DNA from: Takakia lepidozioides | Lineage: Eukaryota; Plantae; Bryophyta | Assembly: GCA_030704615.1 (NCBI GenBank) | Contig: CM060733.1 | Coordinates: 16,802,001 to 16,866,000 of the forward strand | DNA length: 64,000 nt | Direction of reading: 5' to 3' | Shown here: one piece after another, positions 37,400 to 49,206 of the stretch | Layout: each line of letters starts with the position of its first letter | How positions within the stretch are numbered: position 1 is the stretch's first letter | Notes under the pieces: model-generated | The model's database searches: none | Seen by the model: only the letters and a program-made list of their open reading frames with translations | Told to the model about the DNA's origin: nothing | Position numbers and translations under genes: made by a program

Positions 37400-37770
37400 G
37401 TGGACACAAGCGTGTGACCAGGGGGCAGAGTTGTTCAAGAGAGTCATGCCTATGGCTTTTGAGAACCTTGCTATTGCCCAACACCGAGACGCATTGAGGT
37501 AGGTCACCATACGTGGAGGCGGATATCGACCGGATGTTCGGAGATTCAACCCTGGGGACTATGTGTATCTGCAGCAGACAGCACCTACGACCTTGGATAT
37601 TACAGCAGGGCGTATGATTCTATGGATCCGGGAGGTGTTGCCTTCAGGAGTGTTGATTCTGGAGGGTCGAGATGGCATGGTATGGAAGGACCATGTGCGC
37701 AATTGTGCGCCATGTCACCTTCCACATCGACAAGTGATCCAAGGTCTAGCTAACGGGAGTTCAATGCCAT
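37400..37770 (+). mobile_element. Continuation of the Gypsy integrase C-terminus
   Basis: ENLAIAQHRD, RRFNPGDYVYL and EVLPSGVLILEGRDG..DHVRNCAPCHLP, in frame with the sequence ending at 22886. Confidence 0.88.
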
Positions 37771-38329
37771 CACTAGTACAGATTGTCGTTTTTATGACTA
37801 CGGGTAATATAAACCTTGGTAACCATGACTATATATGTGACTACAAAGTGATGAAACCCATTGTTGGGTGCATTTTAATATATTTTAATGAAGTCATATA
37901 TATTACTACATGACTATGAGCTGCGGTCAAACATTGTTGACCAAGAATACAGACTTGGTTTATATAACTAGTAGTCATACGCAATACTACACGACAGACA
38001 CGTGCCATATAAGCTTATGACTAAATGACTACACCACTACTACACATTGATGACATGCCATAGAAGCTTATGATTACATGACTACAGGAGGTTTCACATC
38101 TCTGTTTATATGACTACATCACTACACGTGGCATCTTAAGGCATATACATGAATGGGTTCATCCATTGGATGAGCTCATCCATCTATCTTTAACGAAGCA
38201 CTTGTGTCAATAGAATGACACAAAGTGCAAAAGTTAAAAAATTCAAAAAGTTGCTTTAGGGTTGCCCATATTCAGCCGTGAATAGAGGGCTAGGACTTCG
38301 TCTCCTTTGTCTCTCGCGCTACCATTTGT

Positions 38330-39012
38330 TTTCGTAGTATCGAGCCGAAGCAGTGAGAACTTGTGTCATGGAACGCGATGATCGCTAGATATACAATGCA
38401 GGGCGTGGGATGGAGGCTTTGCGACCTATTCTTGAGCAACTGATACAGCTTCTTTGAGCAAATGATGGGGAAAGGCGAGGATAATGCACAGCGGGGGCGT
38501 GGTATAGAGGCTTTGGAGACGTATGAGCAAATAATGCGGAAAGGGGTGAAGCCGGACCAGGTCACGTTCGTTTAAGTTTGCAATATCACCCTCGTGGACA
38601 TATATGCGAGATGTGGGTGCATCGAGGATGCGAACGGAGTTTGCAATAGTATGGCTGAACGATGCTTGCGGGTATGCACAACAAGGCCGCGGGAAGGAGG
38701 CTTTGGATACCTATGATCAAATACGTAGCCGAAGGGGTGAAGCCCGACCAGATCACGTTTGATTGCATTTGCAAGCCTGGCAGCCCTGGAAAAGGGCAAA
38801 GAGGTCCATGATAACATTGTCAGAGCTAGAATTGTACCCGATATCATTCTGAACAGTACTCTCGTGGACATGTATGCAAAATGTGGGTGCATCGAGGGTG
38901 CAAATGGAGTGTTCAATAGTATGGCTGAATGAGATGTGGTGTCGTGGGGTACGATGTTTGCAGGATATGCACAGCAAGGGCGTGGGATGGAGGCTTTGGA
39001 GACCTATGAGCA
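38330..39012 (+). pseudogene. PLS-class PPR fragments
   Basis: Repeated [37 protein letters not shown] and GVKPDQ.TFV, all frameshifted. Confidence 0.85.
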
Positions 39013-39143
39013 CCGTCAATCCTTGCTAGTTGTATCAAAGCAAACTCAAGGGCTAACCAAGAACTGGCGGCAATGAGCCCGGAGTGTGAAGGGTGCTATA
39101 AGTTTGCAAAGAGTAAGTAACAACACGATTGGGTGATTGCAAT

Positions 39144-40284
39144 GCACATAATATGAGACTGCTAAGCGGCACTATGCACATGTCGACTGCCCAGGCCATG
39201 CTGACTATGTGAAGGTAAGCTTCCCCCAGTCCCCTCATGGTTTTCCAATCAGTATTAAATCATTTCAATAGTTAAATGAATGATTTATAATGCTAGCATG
39301 GCTCACGTACTTTGCATATTGAGTTCTGGACTTGTATGATGAAGCCAGGGTGAGGAGGGTGCAGAACATGATTACAGGGGCTGCACAGATGGACGGGGGC
39401 TTTTTAGTGGTGTCCGCACCAGATGGACCTATGCCCCAGACTAAAGAGCATATTCTTCTTGCACGTCAGGTCAGTTCTGTGTGTAAAAAGAATTCCACCC
39501 TATATTTGGCCAGATTATGTTGCTTAATATCTTGTTTGATGTTGAAGTTGATACCTAGCTGCTTCAGGAGAAGCACAAATATGTGGGACTACATATCCTA
39601 TTCAGGCCAGTGTTGTTCCACTTCATTAGTTCAAACATGCTTCGAGTAACATGAAGATTTGGGGTTTATTGGTGAAGGTTTTACTCAAGTTCGCTCTGTT
39701 TTGTGTCTGACTCTTAGCTTGCCGGGGTTTGGGGTGGGCATGGGCACAAGGTAGGTGGGAGTGCCATCCTTGGTGTGCTTTCTCAATAAAGTGGATGTTG
39801 TTGAAGATGAGGAGTTATTGGAACTTGTTGAGATGGAATTGCGTGGTATAGTAGCTGCAACCTTTTTCCACCTCAATTAGATACTGTTCAGCATGCCTTT
39901 TACCAACACCTTCATATTACAGCTGTAGGAATTCAAATCTAGTCTACATGGCACTTTTATGCAATAGATTTTATGCACTCTTCCTAAGTGACCCTCTAGT
40001 TGACTGGGGCGGGTCGCTATGATCAGGGCTCACCAGGGATCTTGGTCTAGGGTCTAACCCACCAACACAGCCATTTATAGAGCATTCTCCTGCATGTAGG
40101 TGGGCCTTGAAGTATTAGTACAATGCCCAGCTTGTTTGTGTGGAAGTGGTAGTTTACTTAACAATGTCCCAATACACTTAAGATGAAAACCACTCTCTAT
40201 CTGTCACGGTTGATTGCAAAGTTACTGTCATTTTACAAGTTTCCTAGTGACGACATCCCCATAGTGAGAGGATCTGCCCTATCA
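39144..40284 (+). pseudogene. Four internal exons of a nuclear organellar (mitochondrial-type) EF-Tu gene, introns retained
   Basis: [21 protein letters not shown]|gt (to 39214), ag|[21 protein letters not shown]|gt (39365-39469), ag|[19 protein letters not shown]|gt (39755-39845), LLSFYKFPSDDIPIVRGSALS (~40220-40284). Confidence 0.9.
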
Positions 40285-40333
40285 GGAACATGGGTAGATG
40301 GTCAACTGGATGCCGCAGCAACAACGGCTTAAT

Positions 40334-42050
40334 TGATAAAATCAGGCACTGGTAATCAAGGCACCTTCTTCAACACATTTCACCCTGTTTTTCCCTCTTA
40401 TCAGAATCGGCCCTAAATTACCATGTTGAATTCTGCAAGTTACCTGGTTGAGTAAATGTAGTTTGGAGTGACTTTGACATGATATTGCCACTGTGACAAC
40501 AGGAAAGTATCCAAAAACACGTAACAGAGATGAGGAGAAGCTATGGAATGAATACTTTTCCGACCCCAGTCAATGGTGGGACACCGAGGCAAAAAGGTGA
40601 ATGCCTGTTAGATTATAGGAGAGTAGCAGACGCAATTCAGTATAGGAACTAATGTAATAAGTTGAGTTGGGTGTTTACTAGAATAAATCTAGGCTGTCAT
40701 TATCAGCTGCAAGGCAAGGATGTATGCATGATTTGTGCAGAGGCATGGATAGCTGAAGGAGCAGGGATAGAGTGTGGGTCCAAATTCATCCAAGAGGGCT
40801 GGACTTCAAGCTCCAGATTACCTTGATTCCAGGTGGATCAGTAGCTACAACAAACTTGCATGGGTAGATGGTCAACTAAAGGCAGCAGCTGCAGCGGCAC
40901 AGTTGATAAAATCAGGCACCTCAACCATGACCACAGCTTCTGAAATTAGAGGATCAAGAGAGGGAGTCCACAATGCCCTTCTGGCACTTTTGGGCATGTG
41001 AAGATACTTTGTGCGGCAGGCAGCCTGACAGAGGCTCTACAGACTCTAAACCAAGGAGGCATTTCAGCAGATTCAGTTATGTATATCTGTCTCTTGCTTA
41101 AGTGCATCAAGATGGAAGGTCTGGAAGTTGGAAAGCAGGCGCACACTCACATTATCCAAAGTGGATTCACGCCAAATTTAGCATCTTAGCAGGCCGTGTT
41201 TCAATCTCTGCCCGCTCAGCTGCACTGATAAAATCAGGCACTGATAATCAAGGCACCTTCTTCAACACATTTCACCCTGTTTTTCCCTGTTATCAGAGTT
41301 GTCCCTAAATTTCATGTTGAATTCTGCAAGTTAGCTGGTTGAGTGAACCTTTGATAGTTCGGAGTGACTGACATGATATGGCCAATGTGACAACAAGAAA
41401 GTATCCAGAAACAGGTAACAGAGACAAGGAGAAGCTGTCATCAATGGTGGGACAATCGAGGCAAAAAGGTGAATGTCTGTGGGATTACAGAGAATAATAG
41501 ATGCAATCGAGCATAGGAATTAATGTGATAAGCTGAGTTGGGTGTTTCCTAGAACAAATCTAGGCTGTCATTGTTAGCTGTTAGCAGCAAGGCAAGGATG
41601 AATGCACTATTTGTGGAGAGGTAGGATAGCTGAAGGTGCAGGGATAGAGTGTGGGTTCAGATTCATCCAAGAGGGCCAGATTTCAAGCTCAAGATTACCT
41701 ATGATTCCCTGTGGATCAATAGCTACAAGAAACCTACATGGGTAGATGGTCAACTAAAGGCAGCAGCTGCAGCGGCACAGTTGGTAAACCAGGCACCTCA
41801 ACCATGACCACAGCTTCTGAAAGAGGATCAAGAGAGGGAGTCCACAATGCCTTTTCTGGCACTTCTGGGCATGTGAAGATGCTTTGTGAGGCAGGCAGAT
41901 TGACAGAGGCTCTACAGACTTTAAACCAAGGAGGCATTTCAGCAGATTTAGGTACGTATGTCTGTCTCTTGCTTAGGTGCATCAAGATGAAATGTCTGGA
42001 AGCTGGAAAGTAGGTGCACACTCACATTATCTAAAGTAGATTCACACCAA
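40334..42050 (+). repeat. ~890 bp tandem duplication covering a PPR gene 5' region
   Basis: 40334-41180 matches 41225-42050, sharing TGATAAAATCAGGCACTG..CACATTTCACCCTG and GHVK.LC.AG.LTEALQTL. Confidence 0.85.
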
Positions 42051-43050
42051 ATGTTTTTCTACTCAACACCCTTGTCAATATGCATGTATGTTAAGTGTGG
42101 GAGCATCATGGATGCTCACCAAGTGTTCAACAAAATGCCTCAACGATCTTTGATCACGTGGAATATAATGTTGGTAGGATTTACCAAGCATGGGTGTGGT
42201 AGGAATGCCCTCTGAGCAGGGGAGCTCTGGAAAAGGGGAAAGAGGTCCATGGTGATCTCGTCAATGCTGGAATTGTACCAGATGTCATTCTAAACACTGC
42301 CCTGGTGGACATGTATGCGAAATGTGGGTGCATTAAGGATGCGAAGGGAGTTTCAACAAGTCTACGGCTGAACGAGATGTGGTGTCGTGGAACGCGATGC
42401 TTGCAGGGTATGCACAGCAGGGACTTGGTATGGAGGCTTTGGAGACCTATGATCAAATGATGGGGGAAGGGGTGAAGCCCAACCACATCATGTTTGTGTG
42501 CATGTGCAAGCCTGGCAGCCCTGGAAAAGGGCAAAGAGGTCCATGGTGACATTGTCAGAGCTGGATTGTACCCCATGTCATTCTGAACAATACTTGGTGG
42601 ACATGTATGCAAAATGTGGGTGCATCAAGGATGCAAAGAGAGTGTTCGACAGTATGGCTGAACAAGATATGGTGTCATGGAATGCCATGCTTGCATGATA
42701 TGCACAGCAGGGGCGCGAGATGGAGGCCTTGGAGACCTATGAGCAAATGATGGGGGAAGGGGTGAAGTGTAACCAAATCACGTTTGTGTGTTTGCAATGC
42801 TTGTGCAAGTTGGCAGCCCTGGAAAAGGGCAAAGAGATGCATGGTGGCATCATCAAATCTGGAATTGCACCTGTTATTCTGAATAGTTCCCTAGTGGACA
42901 TGTATGCCAAATGTGGGTGCATTGAGGATGCAAAGGGAGTGTTCGACAGTATGGCTGAACGACATGTGGTGTTGTGGAGTGTGATGATTGCAGGATATGC
43001 ACATAAAAGGGCGCGTGATGGAGGCTTTGGAGATCTAGGGGCAAATGACG
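41860..43050 (+). pseudogene. PLS-class PPR gene fragment (N-terminus plus several P-L-S triplets, frameshifted)
   Basis: [52 protein letters not shown] and ALEKGKEMHGGIIKSG. Confidence 0.87.
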
Positions 43051-44239
43051 ATAAGCTATGGAATGATTACTTTTCTGATCTCAGTCAATGGTGGGACTAT
43101 GTGATGCAATGTAGTTGAAAATATGCCACAGTGGTGATTTGTAAATAGAGCTCTTCAATTGTAGGAGTACTAGTGGACTCTGCCCCTGTGTGGGCTTGGG
43201 TTTTGGGACTTGTAGCCTTTGAGGCTTGGTTATTTATCCATGTGGGCTTTCAGGCTTCTTGAATGCTCATTGTAGAGCCTTTGTGACATCCGTAGGAACA
43301 TTTTTCCCATTGGTTTTTTGCTGTATGATCGACATTCCAAAGACAATCTGAGTATTTGTGTGAAATTCTTTCATTCAATTAAATATATTGCTCTGTATAT
43401 TGAAACATATCTGAATATCAAAACGATAAATAAAATTTACATGAAATTAATAAGTAAAATATCATTAATGGTTTTATAAACTAATCGAATAAGGACACGT
43501 GTTAGATGACCTACCAGAACCAGTACAAACCTATAGTGATGGAGTCATATTTGTTGTCATGAAATATGCCACATGCTACCCTCAGCGATGTAATGAGTAG
43601 TGATATAGTCATAAGTGTAGTCATAAGGTACGTCGTGTAGTCATATACATCCGAGGGGTCACGCGTGTCATGGAGAGACCTCTCCATGTTGGCGCTCATT
43701 TGTAGTGACGTAGTCGTAAGTGTAGTCATGACACATGGCCTTGTAGTCATATAGTTATGACTACAACACTACACTCCACATCACTCTGAGTCGTTGGCAG
43801 GTGCAACGTCTGCAGTGACGACCATCACTTCGCACTTATCACTCCGCAGTGATGGTAGAACTGACTTCGTGTTTGTCACTGCAGAGTGATGTAGTTATAA
43901 TCGCACTTATCACTGCAATTAAATGTAGTGATATTTGCAGTCATAAAAACGATAATCGGTACTAGTGCATGGACACCCAATTGAAGCCAGGAAGGCGAGT
44001 ACGATGGGACTACTTTTGCACCCGGCCTCTTGATCTATTGACTTCAGATACTGGGACTTGGGCGATTGATGACCAAGCGATGATCTTATTGGGATGGATA
44101 CTTGTCAGCTATCCGGTGTTAGAGGGACCTAATCACCAGCTATGGTTGCGATTGTGGTATAGCTTTCTAGGATTGTGTGCTTAGATTGTGTGGTAGAGAA
44201 CGATGTATGTTGTGGCACGATGCTTACGTGCACGATAGC

Positions 44240-44603
44240 TGTCATGGTTTTAGTCATGGTTATCTAGAATTACCTACTTCTAGTTAACTATGACATTTTA
44301 GATATTTATATTTATATTTTGTGTGTTGGGACTTCATTTGGTCTCACATGCCAAGTGAGGTGTCGAGCCTCACTTGGGACATGGGGATAGGTTTTCCCTT
44401 TGTGAGGATGGAGGAGGCTCATCTTCTTGTAGTTGAGCCTCCATGAGCCTCTCTCACCTCCATAGCTCTAGGTATTGAGACGGAGTGTGGTGAGGGCTTT
44501 GTAGGGTGGATTCCTTTAGCAAAGGTGCCCTTGGCTTGACTTAGTTTATGATTGAGTGGTTCATGAGTGGTGTGTTTTCTTTATGTTCACTTCCATTATC
44601 ATT
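44240..44603 (+). repeat. Partial LTR copy flanked by ~85 bp direct repeats (44155-44239 and 44604-44688)
   Basis: Reverse complement of 19658-20022. TTTCTAGGATTGTGTGCTTAGATT..TGTGGCACGATGCTTA occurs on both sides. Confidence 0.8.
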
Positions 44604-44964
44604 GTAGTATAGTTTTCTAGGATTGTGTGCTTAGATTATGTGGTGAACAACAATGTATGTTGTGGCACGATGCTTAGGTGCACGACAGTCACATTGGTGG
44701 CCCATCGTCTCGAGGGTGTCAGCGTGATATTAAAGGTTGCGAGAGTCGAAACGGCTGGTCTGGTAGTTGGGTAAGCGACCGCCGACAGCTCCAATATATC
44801 CGCTTCCTATGACTGCATGCTGCCAATATAAGATGCAAGAGTGTTGGAAGTGTAGCTATATATACTGATGTGTGGTGCTTTTCATTCCTTAACGTGTATC
44901 TGGTACACTGAATGTTGAGTCTTCACCTTGAAGCTAACATGGTTGACATAATCGTTGTGACGTC

Positions 44965-46476
44965 TTATTGATGTGTAGCTCGGGGCTTAGCTGGATATCG
45001 TTGATGAAACTCTTGGACTTTGTCAAATGCATTGGCGAGGTTGGATGAAGGTTCCCACGTTCGTTTGCTGATGTTGTAGCCTTTCCAATGTACGAAATAC
45101 TCAAAACGTTTATACTTGATGCGAGAGTTTAGGACTTCGTCGACTTCATACTCAATTTCCTGACTGACTTCAATCGGTGGAGGTGGTACAGAAACTCGTT
45201 TGGGGATACTTGAGTGATGATACAAAGACTGGGTGGATGCGCATACTTCGTGGAAGTTCAAGCCAAAAACTGACCGGATTTATTTGTCGAATAATTTTGA
45301 ATGGTCCAAGGCGTTGATAATCCGACTTCCTTGATGGTCATGAGGTTTGTATGTCCCGTCGAAAAAACCATACACGATCTCCGACCTTGAACTGAGGTTG
45401 GAGTTGACGATGTTGATCTGCATACTCCTTGTATTGTTTGAGCTTCTGCGAGGTGGAATGTAAGCTCCTTGTGAATCATAGCAAGATAAGTAGCAAGGTT
45501 TTCTGCAGCAGGGCTTCCAACAGTCTTCGTGTGGAAAGGGTTTGCTCGAGGATGATGACCATAATTGGAGAAAAATGGAGTTGCTTGGTCGAAGAATGTA
45601 TAATGTTGTTGTAGGCAAACTCAGCTAATGGCAGAAGGTCCGTCCAATTATCTTGGTGATAATTTATCGTACAACGAAGATACTGCTCCAAAATTTGGTT
45701 TACGCGTTCGGTTTGACCATCAGTCTGTGGATGATAAGCTGTAGAGAGGTTGATCTTAGTATCCAATATGTGAAACAATCCCCTCCAGAAATTTGATATG
45801 AACTGTGGTCCTCGATCAGATACGATGTCCTTCGGGAGTCCATGAATGCGGTAGATATTGTTGATGAAGAGTCTTGCAGTTTCCTCGCCTGTAACGTCTT
45901 ATTACATGGAATGAAATGTGTCATCTTCGTAAAACGATCCACAATAACAAGGATTGAATCGGTGGTCTTGGAAATTGGAAGGTCCGTAATAAAGTCCATA
46001 GACAAGGAGGACCATGGACCCTTGGGAATGGGTAATGGTTGAAGAAGACCGTAAGGTTCATGTCGTGGTCCCTTCGCTCTAGCACACGTGTCGCAAGATT
46101 TATAAATTCTTTCACGAGTTTCCACATCTACGGCCACCAATAGTCCCTGGATATCAATTCCATTGTTTTGTTGAAGCCGAAATGTCCTGTAGCTGAAAGA
46201 TCATGACCTGTTTGAAGAATTCGAAGTCGTATAGGTCCTGGAGGTACATAGAGAAGTCCCTTGAAGCAAAGTAAGCCATTTTTGAATTCGAAATCGTTTG
46301 TAACATGTGGGTGATCTTGAGGTTGATTCAGTTTGAGACTGATCAGCTTGTAATTGGGCGGTAGAGGTACGAAGTTCTTGCATCTGGAGCTGAAGACTAT
46401 GCAAGGTGGCGACCATTTCCGCAAATGTGCCTTCCATCTTAACTAACTAAGGAACAAACTTTAGTCTCGCCAAACT
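44965..46476 (-). mobile_element. Internally deleted chromovirus (Tcn1-like Gypsy): gag start joined to integrase plus chromodomain
   Basis: [52 protein letters not shown] and chromodomain EYEVDEVLNSR..YFVHWKGY..TWEP. RT and RNaseH are absent. Confidence 0.88.
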
Positions 46477-47069
46477 GTGAAGGACAAGGTCAGCGTGGCT
46501 GAATACACACAACCATCCATACAAGCACAATTAGACCTTCCAAAGCATGTCATCCCAAAAACCATAAATTTATTCACATTTCCCCTAAACAGTATTTTCA
46601 TAAGGATATCTTAGAGAACCAATAGACACATGCCCTTACTTGCTATTACATTGCTCCCATTCTATCATAAAGGGCCCTTGAAAAACTGGTGAGCAGGGGA
46701 ATCAACCCCGCATTTCAAGATTTTTCTGTGCTTCTGTTATGTGCAATCTGTTGACACTTCCTCTGCAAAGAGGATCATGTCATATCAAGCTTTGAGTGAC
46801 GAGATCAACTCCATTTGAGGCGAGATTTGGGAGACTTCATCCCATCATAACATACCGCGCCATTGACCACTATCACTGTTGGAGTTAGAGTTGGCCACAA
46901 CGTTGGTGGCCTACGAAAAACCCTAAAATACTATGCATGGCAAGCACTAAGTTTCTTCAAAACCATTTTACAGCTATAAAAACGATTATAGTTGTCATCC
47001 TTAACGCTTAGACGCCCAGTGCCATAGTCTGACTTTTTCAAAAAATAGGACCCCTGCAGTGAAAAAACG

Positions 47070-48305
47070 GTGTAATTTTTAGAAAATTGACTCCCTTAAG
47101 AAATTGAGCTTATCTTCCTCAAAGAGGTTCACACTAGGGCACAACGACGTAAACAAGGGCGCCGAATTCACGAATCACTGCAGGGAGCCTATGCTGCACG
47201 ATTATTGCTTAAGTTGCATTCCAGGGAAATAGCTCCCCAAATCCCGCTTACAAGCGCCAAGGAGCAGCTGCAAAGGGGAGAAACACTCAGCTGGGTTGTG
47301 TTTGGGATTCCACAATTCTATGTGAGCTGTGAGTTGGGCATAGAGCTTGAAAGCTTTCTGCCGCCCAACAAACCAAGTCCTTTGCGGTTGTGGGAGCTGG
47401 TGAAAGGCGGGTCGGCCATCCTGCTTGCTAATCTACAACCTAGGACTCCACCTGCTCCAACCCGGGACCCCACCTGGGAAGAGATCATTTCTGGCATTGC
47501 TTCTAACAATTTCCCGTATTGTTCTAGTAACGTTGTTGTGTTTCCAGGAGTGTGTTTTCGCCAAGAAACTGTTGGTTTGTGCAAACATGCCAACGTGGAG
47601 AGCTATCCCATTCATACCCTCCTGATTAAAGAGAAGGTCATCCGGAGCATTGTCTGAGTCACTTTTTGGCTCAAGACCAAGAGGCAAGTGTGCCAATCTC
47701 TTGGTGAAGGCGTGTACCTGCAGTATATGCACCGCTACATCACTTCTCACTATGTGGCCGGGTAGGAATCGTATCTCAGTGCCCCTTCGGACATGTAGCT
47801 TTGTTTCTTTACCTCATGCCTGTTTTTACAAGAGCTATGCTAGAAAAAGAAGTGGAAGAGATGGTTGGACTAAGCGAGTTGGAAAAACGTGCAGCGGAGG
47901 AGAGGGAATGGACTGCAACTAATGAACGAAATAACACTCTACGAGGAGAGTCGTCCGGAGATTTCAAACAAAAGGATCCGGCGGTTGTTCCTGAGCCCGC
48001 ATTGGATGTGGAGGAGATGGGGATGATTTCCAATCGCCCCCCCCCCCCCCCATGAAGATGTTACTGAAACAAAACGATGTCACAGACACTGCAATTCGAA
48101 AGACTGAGACCGGAGAATGCATGCATAAGCAGCAGTACCCCATGTACAACTTAGGGGAAGATTTTGAGTCCTTGGAGTTTTTTGAAATCAGTACTGAGAT
48201 GAATGGTGTCCAACCAAAGTTTAAAGTTAAATCCGTTCGGATTTGTCTCAAGGTTGAGGCCAGAAAGCTTTTGAGTCCAACATCAAGGACAAGGTTGATG
48301 TCTTT
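47070..48305 (+). mobile_element. Truncated, diverged relative of the 58.9-63.5 kb Gypsy element (extra ORF and gag N-terminus)
   Basis: PLRLWELVKGG, DPTWEE, YPIHTLLIKEKVIRSI, TRAMLEKEVEEMVGLSE, EPALDVEE and NLGEDFES all match ORFs at 59346-60356. Confidence 0.82.
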
Positions 48306-48308
48306 TCC

Positions 48309-48787
48309 AAACCCGTTGGGAACATTTTGTACCATAGGAAGGACGCTGGACACTCCCACTAGTTTCAAGTTTCAACCAGCAAAGGGAACAAGCAGACATT
48401 AACTGGTGGGATACATCAGGCGTAGAGTGCTTTGTTGCAGCCCCTCTTCCTCTATTTCATTTTTCCTTTTAATTTGTGAAGAAACTTAAAAGGAAGGGAT
48501 TGGACCCCTGCCTGTTACACAATACCTATGTCAACCAATGAAAAAAAGGATTGGCGTCCCCATCAAAGCGAAAAGACAAAATAATAACTGTTTACTTAAC
48601 TATCTAGTTAGTAAGGAGTACATCATTTATTAAAAATATAAAAGATAAAGTTTACTAAAACTACCACCCATTTCTTTTAAAAACCCGTTGGGAACATTCC
48701 GTACCATAGGAATAACACTGGAGGCTTCCACAAGTTTCAACCAGCAAAGGGAACAAGCAGACATTAACTGGTGGGATACATCAGGCA
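48309..48787. repeat. ~110 bp direct repeat (48309-48421 and 48681-48787) downstream of PLD
   Basis: AAACCCGTTGGGAACATT..CAACCAGCAAAGGGAACAAGCAGACATTAACTGGTGGGATACATCAGGC occurs twice. Confidence 0.8.
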
Positions 48788-49206
48788 CCTTCGTACGTAT
48801 AGTCAAATGAAAAATAGCATATCCAATATTTGAAAATGGGTCTCATGCTTGATTTTGGAGGTCCACAATACAACCTCTGCGACAAATACATCGCAACTAC
48901 AAATCATGTTCATACAGCAGGCATGAGAATGGCAAGTGGTGCAAATATTGACAAAAGGTCGAATTGAAAGGCGCTCAAAATGCACTCGCAAAACCATTCC
49001 ATTCCAAATCAAGCTGTCAGAAGAGAACAGAGAAGAGCCTCAAGCCCTACATTGTCACTTGTAGCTCATGGTCCATGTTCTGGTGAAGAAAACTCACCTC
49101 TTGCAATTTACGAGTTCTGCCTTGTTGACAGTCAAGAGGATGTGCGCAAACCCATGTGGGCATTTTGCATCGGGGTGCCTTGGAACAACTGCTCTGACAT
49201 ATGAAC

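Larger units (their letters stand above)
37771..43967. mobile_element. Non-autonomous CACTA (EnSpm) element carrying captured host gene fragments (Pack-CACTA)
   Basis: TIRs CACTAGTACAGATTGTCGTTTTTATGACT / AGTCATAAAAACGATAATCGGTACTAGTG, 3-bp TSD CAT on both sides, ATGACTAC/GTAGTCAT subterminal repeats at both ends, and no transposase. Confidence 0.92.

Noticed and set aside
39144-40284. EF-Tu as bacterial contamination, organellar insertion or a functional gene
   Set aside because: It has spliceosomal GT-AG introns, lacks both ends of the gene, has a mutated acceptor, and lies inside a CACTA.
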